Shown one piece after another: positions 33,566-42,280 of a DNA stretch of 63,522 nt; the stretch's first letter is position 1; each line of letters opens with the position of its first letter. A model generated the notes under the pieces. That model saw only the letters and a program-made list of their open reading frames with translations. It searched no databases and was not told where the DNA came from. The DNA comes from a virus (lineage: Duplodnaviria > Caudoviricetes): IMG/VR virus record IMGVR_UViG_3300032234_000384, positions 1 through 63,522 of that record. One strand, 5' to 3'. A program made the translations under genes and the position numbers.

Positions 33566-33682
33566 TTACCGTGTTCCACTACCCCCTACGTGCGCCCATG
33601 ACTGATTATCGCTACCAATAAACGGTGTGCGATACTCAACCTTTGAGGCTGTTATGGAGAGGGGTGTGTATAAATTTGTCAT
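33566..33682 (-). CDS. Leaderless 38-aa attenuator leader peptide
   Basis: MTNLYTPLSITASKVEYRTPFIGSDNQSWAHVGGSGTR; ATG 6 nt after the -10 box; 3' end overlaps the antiterminator strand. Confidence 0.65.
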   Translation of the reverse strand: MTNLYTPLSITASKVEYRTPFIGSDNQSWAHVGGSGTR

Positions 33683-33688
33683 AGTGCT

Positions 33689-33717
33689 ATTATATAGGCA
33701 TTTTTTTCTTTTGGCAA
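33689..33717 (-). promoter_or_regulatory. Sigma70-type promoter
   Basis: TTGCCA-17-TATAAT. Confidence 0.75.
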
Positions 33718-33736
33718 CACATTTTTAAAAATATTT

Positions 33737-34462
33737 TTAAATTTCTTTCCACTTACCATGTTCGATAGGTACCCAATGTTGTGGGTCACGGAGAATTTCA
33801 AACGTTGTCGGTGGCCATGTGATACCGTGGCTTGCAAGATGCGTTTGCACCAAATGTTCTGGATTGTATTTGACACCACGATTATACATCTGGTCAAAAT
33901 AATCTACTGCATCGGTATAAATTGACATGGCATGTGGAAGTCCAATGGCAAATTGGTCATTGAAGTTTGGTTCATAACCATATCGCTGATTGTTTGGAAT
34001 GTATATTGTACCTGGTGATTCCAATAAACATCTGTGTGCCAATTTCAAATCAATCGGCTCAGATAAACCTAAATCTGTACGTGAACGAATTACCAAATCG
34101 TATGCGTCAAGTTCTCTACGCCACATATCACAATACTGGAGGCACTTGTATTGTTGCCAAACGTTTGCTGGTGTACTGTTATATGGTTCATACTCTTTAG
34201 GTATTTCTCCTAATGCAGAAGGATCAAGAACCTCAATGAATTTGATTTTGTACCAAGGTGGTAGATGTGCTTGGAGTTTGTCTCTGACTTGACCGGCAGA
34301 TTTTAAATCACACCAATTCTCGGAGAGTTTTGGGTCCCATCCAAAATCTCTACGCCAAAATACGATGTAAACATCGATTGCTGATTTGGTTAGATTTTGT
34401 AATTGCGAATCAAAGTCTGCTGAGAATCGGGGATTACCCGTTAGTAGTAATGCGGTTTTCAT
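33737..34462 (-). CDS. Glycosyltransferase-like protein
   Basis: ALLLTGNPR, YDLVIRSRTD, NDQFA; paralog of 8293 and 9442. Confidence 0.6.
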   Translation of the reverse strand: MKTALLLTGNPRFSADFDSQLQNLTKSAIDVYIVFWRRDFGWDPKLSENWCDLKSAGQVRDKLQAHLPPWYKIKFIEVLDPSALGEIPKEYEPYNSTPANVWQQYKCLQYCDMWRRELDAYDLVIRSRTDLGLSEPIDLKLAHRCLLESPGTIYIPNNQRYGYEPNFNDQFAIGLPHAMSIYTDAVDYFDQMYNRGVKYNPEHLVQTHLASHGITWPPTTFEILRDPQHWVPIEHGKWKEI

Positions 34463-34973
34463 CGTTCACATGTTTCCATTTTATATCTTCTTTAACAATC
34501 GGAGCATCTGGATTAGATATACCCTCAAAAATATTCCAAAGTTCCTCTTTGACGGCAAATTTTGTCCAGAGTCCAGTTTCGAGACTGTATGCTTCTAGTT
34601 CCCAGGGGTGGTGATAGTAATCGATTGAATCGGCATCAACTGTTATACCTTTCCATTTCGAAAGTGTTTCATTTGTTTCACCATTAACGAATTGTTTTAT
34701 ATGCACCATTTCGTGTGCAAGTGTTTTGAATATCTCTGCGGCACCAATCCAAGGATGAATTTCAATTAAAAATTCTCTTGCTTTGTTTGATGCATTATAT
34801 TCTTCTATTGATGCTAGAGCCCAAACTTGCAGTTTGTCGTCAAATTTTATTGTGAGGAAAATGTTATCTCTTAGTCTTTTTGAAGGTATAAGATTTTCAG
34901 CATAAAAATCTACTGCCCTTTTCACGAAGGGTTTAAAATCTTTGTCTGGACAATTTATGACCTTGACTTGCAT
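34434..34973 (-). CDS. Zinc metallopeptidase-like protein
   Basis: TLAHEMVH..Q, PWELEA. Confidence 0.75.
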   Translation of the reverse strand: MQVKVINCPDKDFKPFVKRAVDFYAENLIPSKRLRDNIFLTIKFDDKLQVWALASIEEYNASNKAREFLIEIHPWIGAAEIFKTLAHEMVHIKQFVNGETNETLSKWKGITVDADSIDYYHHPWELEAYSLETGLWTKFAVKEELWNIFEGISNPDAPIVKEDIKWKHVNDENRITTNG

Positions 34974-35027
34974 TTTGACTCCAGTTTCTATTCATATTTA
35001 TCTACTGGAAAATTTCATATTATGAAA

Positions 35028-35459
35028 TTAAACTTGAGTCACCAGAACTCCTGCTTTCTCCAGGAATTGAAGGCCATCATCATTACGATAAGAATTACGA
35101 TAATACACAGAACTGATACCACTTTGATAAACAAGTTTGGCGCAATCAAGACAAGGGGCATGAGTAATAAAGATAGAAGCACCGTCACCAGATTCAGTTG
35201 ATCTAGCCAACTTAGCAATAGCGTTTGTTTCTGCATGTAGCACCTCCGGCTTTGTTACCAATGTTCGTTTACCTTTAAGATCAAGTCCAAAATCATTTTC
35301 ACAAGTATTGTCCCATCCAGATGGCATTCCATTGTAACCAATAGAAATGATGCGATCATCTTTTACGACAATAGCACCAACATGAAGTCTCACAGCAGAT
35401 GAAAGTTCCGCAAATGTTTCTGCGGTTTTCATATATGCTTCAATAAATTTTTGTTTCAT
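35028..35459 (-). CDS. cd: dCMP deaminase
   Basis: GYNG, HAE.NAI, PCLDC. Confidence 0.92.
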   Translation of the reverse strand: MKQKFIEAYMKTAETFAELSSAVRLHVGAIVVKDDRIISIGYNGMPSGWDNTCENDFGLDLKGKRTLVTKPEVLHAETNAIAKLARSTESGDGASIFITHAPCLDCAKLVYQSGISSVYYRNSYRNDDGLQFLEKAGVLVTQV

Positions 35460-35869
35460 TTAGTTTGTTCGGCTAGTATCTTATAACCCTTACCTGTCGG
35501 ATGAACACCATCAGCACTCATGTTATTGGTAGGTCTTGGAATTACAACGTCACCATATTCCTTGGCAAGTGTCATTATAGCTTCATGCGGAATAGGCTTA
35601 CGATCTTTTCCTGGATCAATCCAAAAGACACGTTTACCTTTAATGGCTTCACGCATCTTTCTCAGTTCTTGTTCCGTTTTCACGCCTTTGTGGTCATTCG
35701 CACCAAGACTGATGATGATTGTTTCGTATGATTTTGTAGTTGCAGAAGAAAGATAATCTTTATTCCAAGCCCAACTATTCCAACCATTTTTAGAATATGA
35801 TACGCATTCTTTTCGGTACATTGCTGTACCAACCGCAATGCTGTCACCAATCACCATACAATCAATCAT
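35456..35869 (-). CDS. SGNH/GDSL hydrolase-like protein
   Basis: GDSI, LGAND, DGVHP. Confidence 0.8.
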   Translation of the reverse strand: MIDCMVIGDSIAVGTAMYRKECVSYSKNGWNSWAWNKDYLSSATTKSYETIIISLGANDHKGVKTEQELRKMREAIKGKRVFWIDPGKDRKPIPHEAIMTLAKEYGDVVIPRPTNNMSADGVHPTGKGYKILAEQTK

Positions 35870-36000
35870 AGCGTTTCGTATTCGTCTTTACCAACACCAC
35901 ATTCTGGACAAGTAAAATCATCAGGCAACGTATTCCACGCACCTTCGGTTGCTTCATCGTGTTCGTGGCCACAGACCACACATACATGTACTTCACTCAT
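35866..36000 (-). CDS. Rubredoxin (44 aa, absent from ORF track)
   Basis: CVVCG...LPDDFTCPECGVGK. Confidence 0.88.
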   Translation of the reverse strand: MSEVHVCVVCGHEHDEATEGAWNTLPDDFTCPECGVGKDEYETL

Positions 36001-36461
36001 TATAATGTCTCCCAAATTTCTTTATATGCATATGCATGACGTTCTTCAACTTTCTTCAAAGCATTGAAACGCTTTTCAGCTTTTTCTAGGATCGCTTTGA
36101 ATGCTTGAGCATGTTCATTAGATTCGCGACCTTGTTCATTGAATTCTTTTACGGCTTCAATGTTTTGTTCAGCTTTGGCAATTCGTTCAAACTGTGGATA
36201 CATTTCTGTAAACTCATAGGTCTCACCTTCGATGGCAAGTTCTAAGCATTCTTTAGTAGTTGGTTTACCAACCAACAATTCCAAATGACCCCATGCATGT
36301 TTGATTTCTTGGTCCGCAGTGTGTTCAAAATGTTTTGCAACATCTTCAAAACCCTCAGCACGTGCAAGTTTCGCAAAATAGCGGTACTTGATGTGTGCCA
36401 TCGACTCACCGGCCAATGCACTCTCAAGATTTTTTAACGTAACAGAATTTTGTTCTTTCAT
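36000..36461 (-). CDS. Rubrerythrin-family protein
   Basis: AGESMA...Y, E..HA, GETYE...MYP, E..HA. Confidence 0.88.
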   Translation of the reverse strand: MKEQNSVTLKNLESALAGESMAHIKYRYFAKLARAEGFEDVAKHFEHTADQEIKHAWGHLELLVGKPTTKECLELAIEGETYEFTEMYPQFERIAKAEQNIEAVKEFNEQGRESNEHAQAFKAILEKAEKRFNALKKVEERHAYAYKEIWETL

Positions 36462-36477
36462 ATGGTTCCTTATTAAT

Positions 36478-36552
36478 TGGTCCGGCGTGCAGGAATCGAA
36501 CCCACATTCAAGGTGTAGAAGACCTTTGTATTGTCCATTATACGAACGCCGG
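36478..36552 (-). tRNA. tRNA-Arg(TCT)
   Basis: CTTCTAC loop, ACCA. Confidence 0.88.
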
Positions 36553-36557
36553 AGTTT

Positions 36558-36839
36558 TTATTTAGTGTAATCAATCTTATGTATAAGTTTATCTTCCATC
36601 CAGTAAGAACAGAGTTCAGACTTATCATCTTTCAAACGATCAATCATTTTAGCAACTTCTTCACGTGTAGTCTCACGACCCTCGATGATTTGCTCACCGA
36701 GGAACTTCTGAGTTACTTCATCAAATTCACGATTATGCTCAGTCATTACCAATTCGTCATATGCATGTTCAAGGCTTTCAGCCTCAATAATATACTTATT
36801 ACGAAAAGAAACCAACACATCAACTTCAAATAATGCCAT
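36558..36839 (-). CDS. Hypothetical protein
   Basis: ORF in operon context. Confidence 0.6.
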   Translation of the reverse strand: MALFEVDVLVSFRNKYIIEAESLEHAYDELVMTEHNREFDEVTQKFLGEQIIEGRETTREEVAKMIDRLKDDKSELCSYWMEDKLIHKIDYTK

Positions 36840-37032
36840 AATCAAATTCTTTCAATAGTTTAGTAATCACATCTTCACGTTTAACACCCATCACTTCGTC
36901 CAACATACGTTTCAACAAATCAATTTGACCTTGTTTCCACTTACGGTCTTCTAAACTAAAAGACGAATTCATAATATCGGTATGCCAAAGGATTTCAAAC
37001 TCAAGATAATTGAGAATAACATCCTTCGACAT
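36826..37032 (-). CDS. Hypothetical protein
   Basis: ORF in operon context, GAGG RBS. Confidence 0.5.
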   Translation of the reverse strand: MSKDVILNYLEFEILWHTDIMNSSFSLEDRKWKQGQIDLLKRMLDEVMGVKREDVITKLLKEFDYGII

Positions 37033-37033
37033 A

Positions 37034-37936
37034 TCAAACCTCAATAAATTGCAATTGGAAAATATCGGCTTGATGTTCATAATTATGATAACCACGTGGG
37101 TTAGCAACAATACGTGTTGAGCCAATCATGTAATCAAAATTGTGATGTGTGTGGCCATGCGTCCACAGTTTGATTTGTGGATGATCCAAAATGAATTCAG
37201 ACAAATCAGAACTGTAAGCACCGTTCACCATAACATCTTTTTCATACTGTGGCTTCGTTGATTGCTTAGAAGGAGCGTGATGACCTACGACAATCCAGTT
37301 TTTAAGTGGCTGTGCGGTAATTGCTTCATTCAATGCAACCAAAGTAGCTTTGTGTTCACGTACAGATTTTTCCGGAGAAAATTTACCAGTACGTGTGTGA
37401 AACTCTTGACTTACAATGTTATTGTAGTCCGTACTTCCATCTTCTTTGGCACCATAAACAGGTACTTTGTAATGAACTACTTCATCACTATCTTCAATGA
37501 TACGATAATCGTTCATGTAACCTTTGATACCATACAAGGTGTGTGGGTCTTCCTTGTTCATATCGGTCCATAGTGAAGCGCCAAAAAACATTGTGCCATT
37601 GATATCAACACATTCTTTTTCTAGAATATGAAGATTGACCAGATAACCAAGGTTAGTACGGAGAGTTGTAAGAGACTTAGCAAAGTCACCGTGATAATGT
37701 TCATGGTTTCCGAGAATGTAAATGACATGAGGAAATCTTGCACAACATTCTTGGAAGAATGTATGAATTTTATTAGACCTATCATGCTCACCTCGGAGGT
37801 TATAAGCATCATGAGCAAAGACTTCCTTGGCAATACAAATGTCACCAGAGAGAATTAATACCTCGGCATTTTCGGTGTTCTCCAAGGAAATTGTACCGAA
37901 TTCCAGGTGAACATCGGAACAGAGAGCAACTTTCAT
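37034..37936 (-). CDS. Calcineurin-like metallophosphoesterase
   Basis: SDVHLE, GDI, GNHE, HH.P, GHTH, NPRGY. Confidence 0.9.
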   Translation of the reverse strand: MKVALCSDVHLEFGTISLENTENAEVLILSGDICIAKEVFAHDAYNLRGEHDRSNKIHTFFQECCARFPHVIYILGNHEHYHGDFAKSLTTLRTNLGYLVNLHILEKECVDINGTMFFGASLWTDMNKEDPHTLYGIKGYMNDYRIIEDSDEVVHYKVPVYGAKEDGSTDYNNIVSQEFHTRTGKFSPEKSVREHKATLVALNEAITAQPLKNWIVVGHHAPSKQSTKPQYEKDVMVNGAYSSDLSEFILDHPQIKLWTHGHTHHNFDYMIGSTRIVANPRGYHNYEHQADIFQLQFIEV

Positions 37937-38048
37937 TTTAATCTTTCTTCGTCTTAATACTTAACATGCAACCAAGCGCCAACAAAAACCACCAAGGTGA
38001 CCAATCATAAAATTGGACCAAACAAGCGGTACCTGAAAGAACAGCCAA

Positions 38049-38077
38049 ATTATAACACAAAACCATTGCAATGTCAA
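38049..38077 (-). promoter_or_regulatory. Consensus sigma70 promoter
   Basis: TTGACA-17-TATAAT. Confidence 0.8.
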
Positions 38078-38092
38078 GCGAATTTTTATTCA

Positions 38093-38287
38093 TTATGCTT
38101 TGACCTTTTCCAAGGAATCTTTCCGCATATAGTGAATATTTTGTGTCATTGATTGTGAGGGTGGTTGTTTTACAACCGGCAAAAATTCAACACCATCTAT
38201 ATTTTTAGATGGCCAATGTGAATATGTGTAATATACTTCTGTTTGAGAAATTCTATTACGCATTTTAATGGGGTTATGCATTTTCAT
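38093..38287 (-). CDS. Small hypothetical protein
   Basis: IDGVEFLPV...MRKDSLEKV. Confidence 0.6.
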   Translation of the reverse strand: MKMHNPIKMRNRISQTEVYYTYSHWPSKNIDGVEFLPVVKQPPSQSMTQNIHYMRKDSLEKVKA

Positions 38288-38451
38288 AATCTAATCAACA
38301 TAATCAAAAAACAAACGGCAAGAATTCCAAAAGTAAATGTTCGACCCAACAGTGCGCCTAGGAATGCACCTAAAACAAAAAGACTATATGAGGATAAGAA
38401 GATTTCCATGTTAGAATCCAAGTAACTTACAAGGATTCTAACAGACTCACG

Positions 38452-38922
38452 TTACTTTGTCAAGGCTTCTGTTGTATTTTTGCTACAACCAATCTCGATT
38501 TTTCGTGGTTTCTTTTCTTCTGGGATGATGTTTACCAGATTGATGACCAATAAACCGTCAACGATATCAGCATCCTTAACAACAACGGTGTCGGAGAGTA
38601 CAAATTTATGGGAAAAATCCCTTGTACCGATACCACGGTGTAGATACTTATCAGAGGTTCTTGCGGTCTTGATAGCCCCATTCACGTAAAGTTTTCCACC
38701 TTCCGAAGTGATTTCGATTTCATCACGCTTGAAGCCAGAAACGGCAATTTCAATCGTGTAATGTTCATCATCTTCTTTAAGAATGTTGTATGGTGGATAG
38801 CTTTGTGCCTTAGCACCTTGGCCGAGAAGATTGTCGAATTCCTCGAAAGTGCTTAGTAGTCGGTCGAAACCAACTGTGGAAGGAAGCAAAGTTTTGCCGT
38901 ATGGCAGAGATAGATGTGTCAT
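38452..38922 (-). CDS. Small heat-shock protein (Hsp20/IbpA family)
   Basis: GFD, YPPYNI, YLHRGI..RDF, DGLL.I.L, PEEKKPR. Confidence 0.92.
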   Translation of the reverse strand: MTHLSLPYGKTLLPSTVGFDRLLSTFEEFDNLLGQGAKAQSYPPYNILKEDDEHYTIEIAVSGFKRDEIEITSEGGKLYVNGAIKTARTSDKYLHRGIGTRDFSHKFVLSDTVVVKDADIVDGLLVINLVNIIPEEKKPRKIEIGCSKNTTEALTK

Positions 38923-38929
38923 AGTTTTC

Positions 38930-39190
38930 TCCTAAAAGCGAGTTAATTAAAGTTGATACCCCGAAGGCATATCATCCAGCTTACCTTATACTGGTCCGAA
39001 CTATCGTGTCGGAGGTGTAATTACACGGACGCCTTAAACCGTAGCATCAAACGGCCCTAAGGTGGGCAAACCCTTCGCACACTGCTTGAAATCACCTAGC
39101 TAGTAGGGAGCGCAATTGCAGTAGACTTCAATTGGCACCGCTGGACATTTTACTACCCTTCAGCGGCATGGTAGTTCCCATCCCGAGTGA
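38930..39190 (-). ncRNA. Structured leader with tandem pseudoknots upstream of hsp20
   Basis: GC-rich 260-nt intergenic region with several stem-plus-loop-pairing blocks. Confidence 0.5.
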
Positions 39191-39197
39191 GATACTT

Positions 39198-39611
39198 TTA
39201 TTTATCCACGGATTGTGGTTTTTTGCTACCAATATTATACTTGGGTACAAGTTGCCAATCGTTCTTCTCTTTGTGAGACAGAATCTTAACTTGAGATAGT
39301 GACACCGTTGGCTCCACAGTCTGGTCTTTTTTGACAATCTTAATAAGTTCCCAATCTTCCAATAGATTAGTTACCGTGTTTCTCCGAGCAATATCATTCT
39401 CTGTAAGGTCGGTTGGTTTACCGTCCAAAGAGAATAGTTCTTTGAAATGTACAATATAATACTTGCCTTGCTTATGCAAGATATGGCAAGATTGATACAG
39501 AATTTTTTCTTTTTTTGATGCTACACCAATACGTGTGAGTGTTTCTCGGACCTTTAGGAAATCATCCTTTTCATTCAAGGTCACCTCTACCATGTCTTCT
39601 ATTTTAATCAT
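39198..39611 (-). CDS. regA: Translational repressor RegA
   Basis: DFLKVRETLTRIG, LYQSCHILHKQG.YYIVHFKE. Confidence 0.95.
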   Translation of the reverse strand: MIKIEDMVEVTLNEKDDFLKVRETLTRIGVASKKEKILYQSCHILHKQGKYYIVHFKELFSLDGKPTDLTENDIARRNTVTNLLEDWELIKIVKKDQTVEPTVSLSQVKILSHKEKNDWQLVPKYNIGSKKPQSVDK

Positions 39612-39994
39612 TATTTTTTCACTCCGCCTTTTTCTAGTTTTTCTTTTATCAAAGCGATTTGTTGATCCGATAGAATGCGTAGGGCTTCTTTTGCTTTTTC
39701 ATCAGAATAACCAAAATACTCCTTAACACAATCTAAATCTTTAATGACCGCTTGCTTTTGCCAAGATTGAAACTTGCGTTTCATCGGTCTAATTGTATTT
39801 AGAAAATATTGGTATTGTAGTGTTTTGGGTACACTGTGACTCTTATTCAATTCATTTACATATAGAATGCAATCAGGTTGATATGAAAGGGAACGATTAA
39901 CAAGAAAGGGTTTGTATGCATCAAAATCCAATTCTTCTTCAGCAAACTTATTACGTTTGCTTAGTATAATTTCTACAAAATCAAAAGGACTCAT
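39611..39994 (-). CDS. gp62: Clamp loader small subunit gp62
   Basis: Y.PFLVNRSLS, EYFGYS; synteny. Confidence 0.9.
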   Translation of the reverse strand: MSPFDFVEIILSKRNKFAEEELDFDAYKPFLVNRSLSYQPDCILYVNELNKSHSVPKTLQYQYFLNTIRPMKRKFQSWQKQAVIKDLDCVKEYFGYSDEKAKEALRILSDQQIALIKEKLEKGGVKK

Positions 39995-40001
39995 TTTAAC
40001 C

Positions 40002-40943
40002 TCACTTGAAAGTGCAATCGGCCATGAGTTCCGTTAAGAATGCCATCAAATTAATTTCTTGATCCGCAACGAATGCGGCTTGGTACTGATACTTGGCTAG
40101 ATGCAGAACAGCCTGTGGAATGCTGTCCCGTGTCATTGTATCGTAAAGAGATTCATAAATCTTTCTGAAGATTGAGGCTGAATCCGAATCGATATTGTTA
40201 ATGACCCATTTACGTGCAGTACCAAAGTCTTTCTCTTTAACAGCTTTGATTAAGTCGGAAACTTGCAAATCGGATACTGCGGCAAGAATACCTTTGTCAA
40301 TTGTACCACCAATAGAATAACGCTGGAGTTCATTGAGAACACGGCGGTTATCTGGAAAATGTTTGGTGATTACTGAGGCGACAACTTGTTTGTCATATGC
40401 AATGTTTTCTTGTTCAAGAATCCACTCCACACGCTTGAAAAATTGTGCGGCCATCTTTGCTTTTTGACCATTTTGAATCTTAAATTCAACCACGGAACAA
40501 CGAGAGTGTAGTGGGTCAATGATACGATTCTTAAAGTTACAAGTAAAGATGAAAGAACAGTTAACTGCAAATTCTTCCATTGCACCACGAAGTGCAGGCT
40601 GAGTAGAATTTGGATTTAGATAATCAGCTTCATCGATAATGATGACCTTGCGGCCACCAGAAAGGCTCATTGATGATGCGTAGTTTTTGATTTTGTTTCG
40701 GAATGTGTCAATACCGCTTTCGTCCGAGCCGTTGATGACGATGTAGTCACACCCGACTTCCTCGCATAATGCCTTTGCAATCGTTGTTTTACCGACCCCA
40801 GCGGATCCAGCAAGTAACAAATTTGGGATTTCTTTTCTGTTAACATATTCCTGAAACGTTGATTTAATAGAATCCGGAAGAATACAGTCCTCAATTTTGT
40901 GAGGACGATACTTTTCCACCCATAGCATTTGGTTGCTTTCCAT
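40002..40943 (-). CDS. gp44: Clamp loader large subunit gp44
   Basis: WVEKYRP, GVGKTT, DEAD, SRC. Confidence 0.95.
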   Translation of the reverse strand: MESNQMLWVEKYRPHKIEDCILPDSIKSTFQEYVNRKEIPNLLLAGSAGVGKTTIAKALCEEVGCDYIVINGSDESGIDTFRNKIKNYASSMSLSGGRKVIIIDEADYLNPNSTQPALRGAMEEFAVNCSFIFTCNFKNRIIDPLHSRCSVVEFKIQNGQKAKMAAQFFKRVEWILEQENIAYDKQVVASVITKHFPDNRRVLNELQRYSIGGTIDKGILAAVSDLQVSDLIKAVKEKDFGTARKWVINNIDSDSASIFRKIYESLYDTMTRDSIPQAVLHLAKYQYQAAFVADQEINLMAFLTELMADCTFK

Positions 40944-40974
40944 TCACATACTCCATCATAAAAAAATTATTATA

Positions 40975-41322
40975 TCACATCTTACGCCAAGTGTCATTCT
41001 CTTTGACGTAAAGTTTACCATCGGGACCTGGTACAATATTTACCGAAACACGTTTCTCAGTTCCAGGTTTGTAATTTGGTCCTGTACCAATAATAAAATA
41101 GTTTCCATAACTACTCTGTTGTGGTGGTAATTCTTCACCGTATGTTGCTTGTAGTTGCAACACTGGTTTTCCTTCAAGTTGTTTTTCTAACTCGGCAGTT
41201 GGTAGTTCATCTTGCTTATAAACAATACGTTCTTTGACTTGTTTATAACCTTCAACACCAACTGCGAGTAAACCAACCAGCCCTAGACTTTTTGCAAAAC
41301 TTCTACGGCTTGTTGGGTTCAT
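40975..41322 (-). CDS. Hypothetical protein with twin-arginine signal
   Basis: SRRSFAK followed by a hydrophobic stretch. Confidence 0.6.
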   Translation of the reverse strand: MNPTSRRSFAKSLGLVGLLAVGVEGYKQVKERIVYKQDELPTAELEKQLEGKPVLQLQATYGEELPPQQSSYGNYFIIGTGPNYKPGTEKRVSVNIVPGPDGKLYVKENDTWRKM

Positions 41323-41594
41323 TTTGTTTCAGTCATTCCGATGTAGAGTGCTTCAAACTCATTATCTTCTGTAACTTCTTCCTGGAAAGATTGTTTGTGG
41401 TGTGTCTTTGCCATACGGCGAAGAACCTTTTTTGGAATTTTGAAGTTATCATAGAGTGCATCGATAACATCTTTGATAGCTTCTTTGTGTGAATCAATTA
41501 CCGACATTTCATTTGAAATTTCAGAGAGTGCATCACGAATAGATTTCAGTTGGTTCTCATCGAAAGAACCGTAGAGTGTAGTCACAGCAGTCAT
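41319..41594 (-). CDS. T4 DsbA-like dsDNA-binding protein
   Basis: IKD......F.IPKK..RRMAK..HKQ helical pattern. Confidence 0.6.
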   Translation of the reverse strand: MTAVTTLYGSFDENQLKSIRDALSEISNEMSVIDSHKEAIKDVIDALYDNFKIPKKVLRRMAKTHHKQSFQEEVTEDNEFEALYIGMTETK

Positions 41595-41596
41595 AA

Positions 41597-42280
41597 TTAT
41601 TCTCCGTACTTAGAACCAGTTTCAGTAGTCACCCAGTATTCAACAGGAACAGTTGTGTTCTTGAAATGACCAATACCTTTAGAAGCAATAGTAACTTCAT
41701 ATGCACCAGGAACAAAACGTAGGTTTTCAGTTGCAAAGACCATACGATATACTGAGCCGTTTCCTGTTACATTCAAGGTCGTTGAGTTGACATGTGAAGC
41801 ATCATCTTTTGCATCGAATGTTTCGATTGTGACATTTTGACCGTCAGAAACGAATGCAATGTTTGGTGAACCAAGTGCAGATGCAACTTTAGAAATCCAC
41901 TCAAGGTCTTGTGCATCAAGTGAGAATTTAATCTCTGCATTGTCCATAGAGATAGTTTTATCAGGTGGGACAAGAATAGTTTCTTTAGCTGCCTTACGAT
42001 ACTTGGTGCTTGAACGACCACCAAGGCTTTTGATAACAATATTCTTTTCTTCAATTTCAATCTCTGGTTGTGCATCACGTGCGAGAGTGAGTGTACCCAA
42101 GAAATTGTTGAGATCGTGAATACCGAATTCGGTATCGAATGTATCGGTTAATTCTGCTTTAGCAAGAATGTTTTTTTGCTTAGAGATAGTTTCAATAACA
42201 TTTCCAGGTTTAACGAAGATACCCTCATTAATCGTTGCAAAGTTTTTCAAAATACTCATTGTGTTTGTGGAAAGTTTCAT
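41597..42280 (-). CDS. gp45: Sliding clamp gp45
   Basis: MKLS..T..ILKNFATIN, FGIHDL..FL. Confidence 0.95.
   Translation of the reverse strand: MKLSTNTMSILKNFATINEGIFVKPGNVIETISKQKNILAKAELTDTFDTEFGIHDLNNFLGTLTLARDAQPEIEIEEKNIVIKSLGGRSSTKYRKAAKETILVPPDKTISMDNAEIKFSLDAQDLEWISKVASALGSPNIAFVSDGQNVTIETFDAKDDASHVNSTTLNVTGNGSVYRMVFATENLRFVPGAYEVTIASKGIGHFKNTTVPVEYWVTTETGSKYGE

Noticed and set aside
38930-39190. tmRNA
   Set aside because: Has pseudoknots but no tRNA-Ala-like ends, T-arm/CCA or tag reading frame
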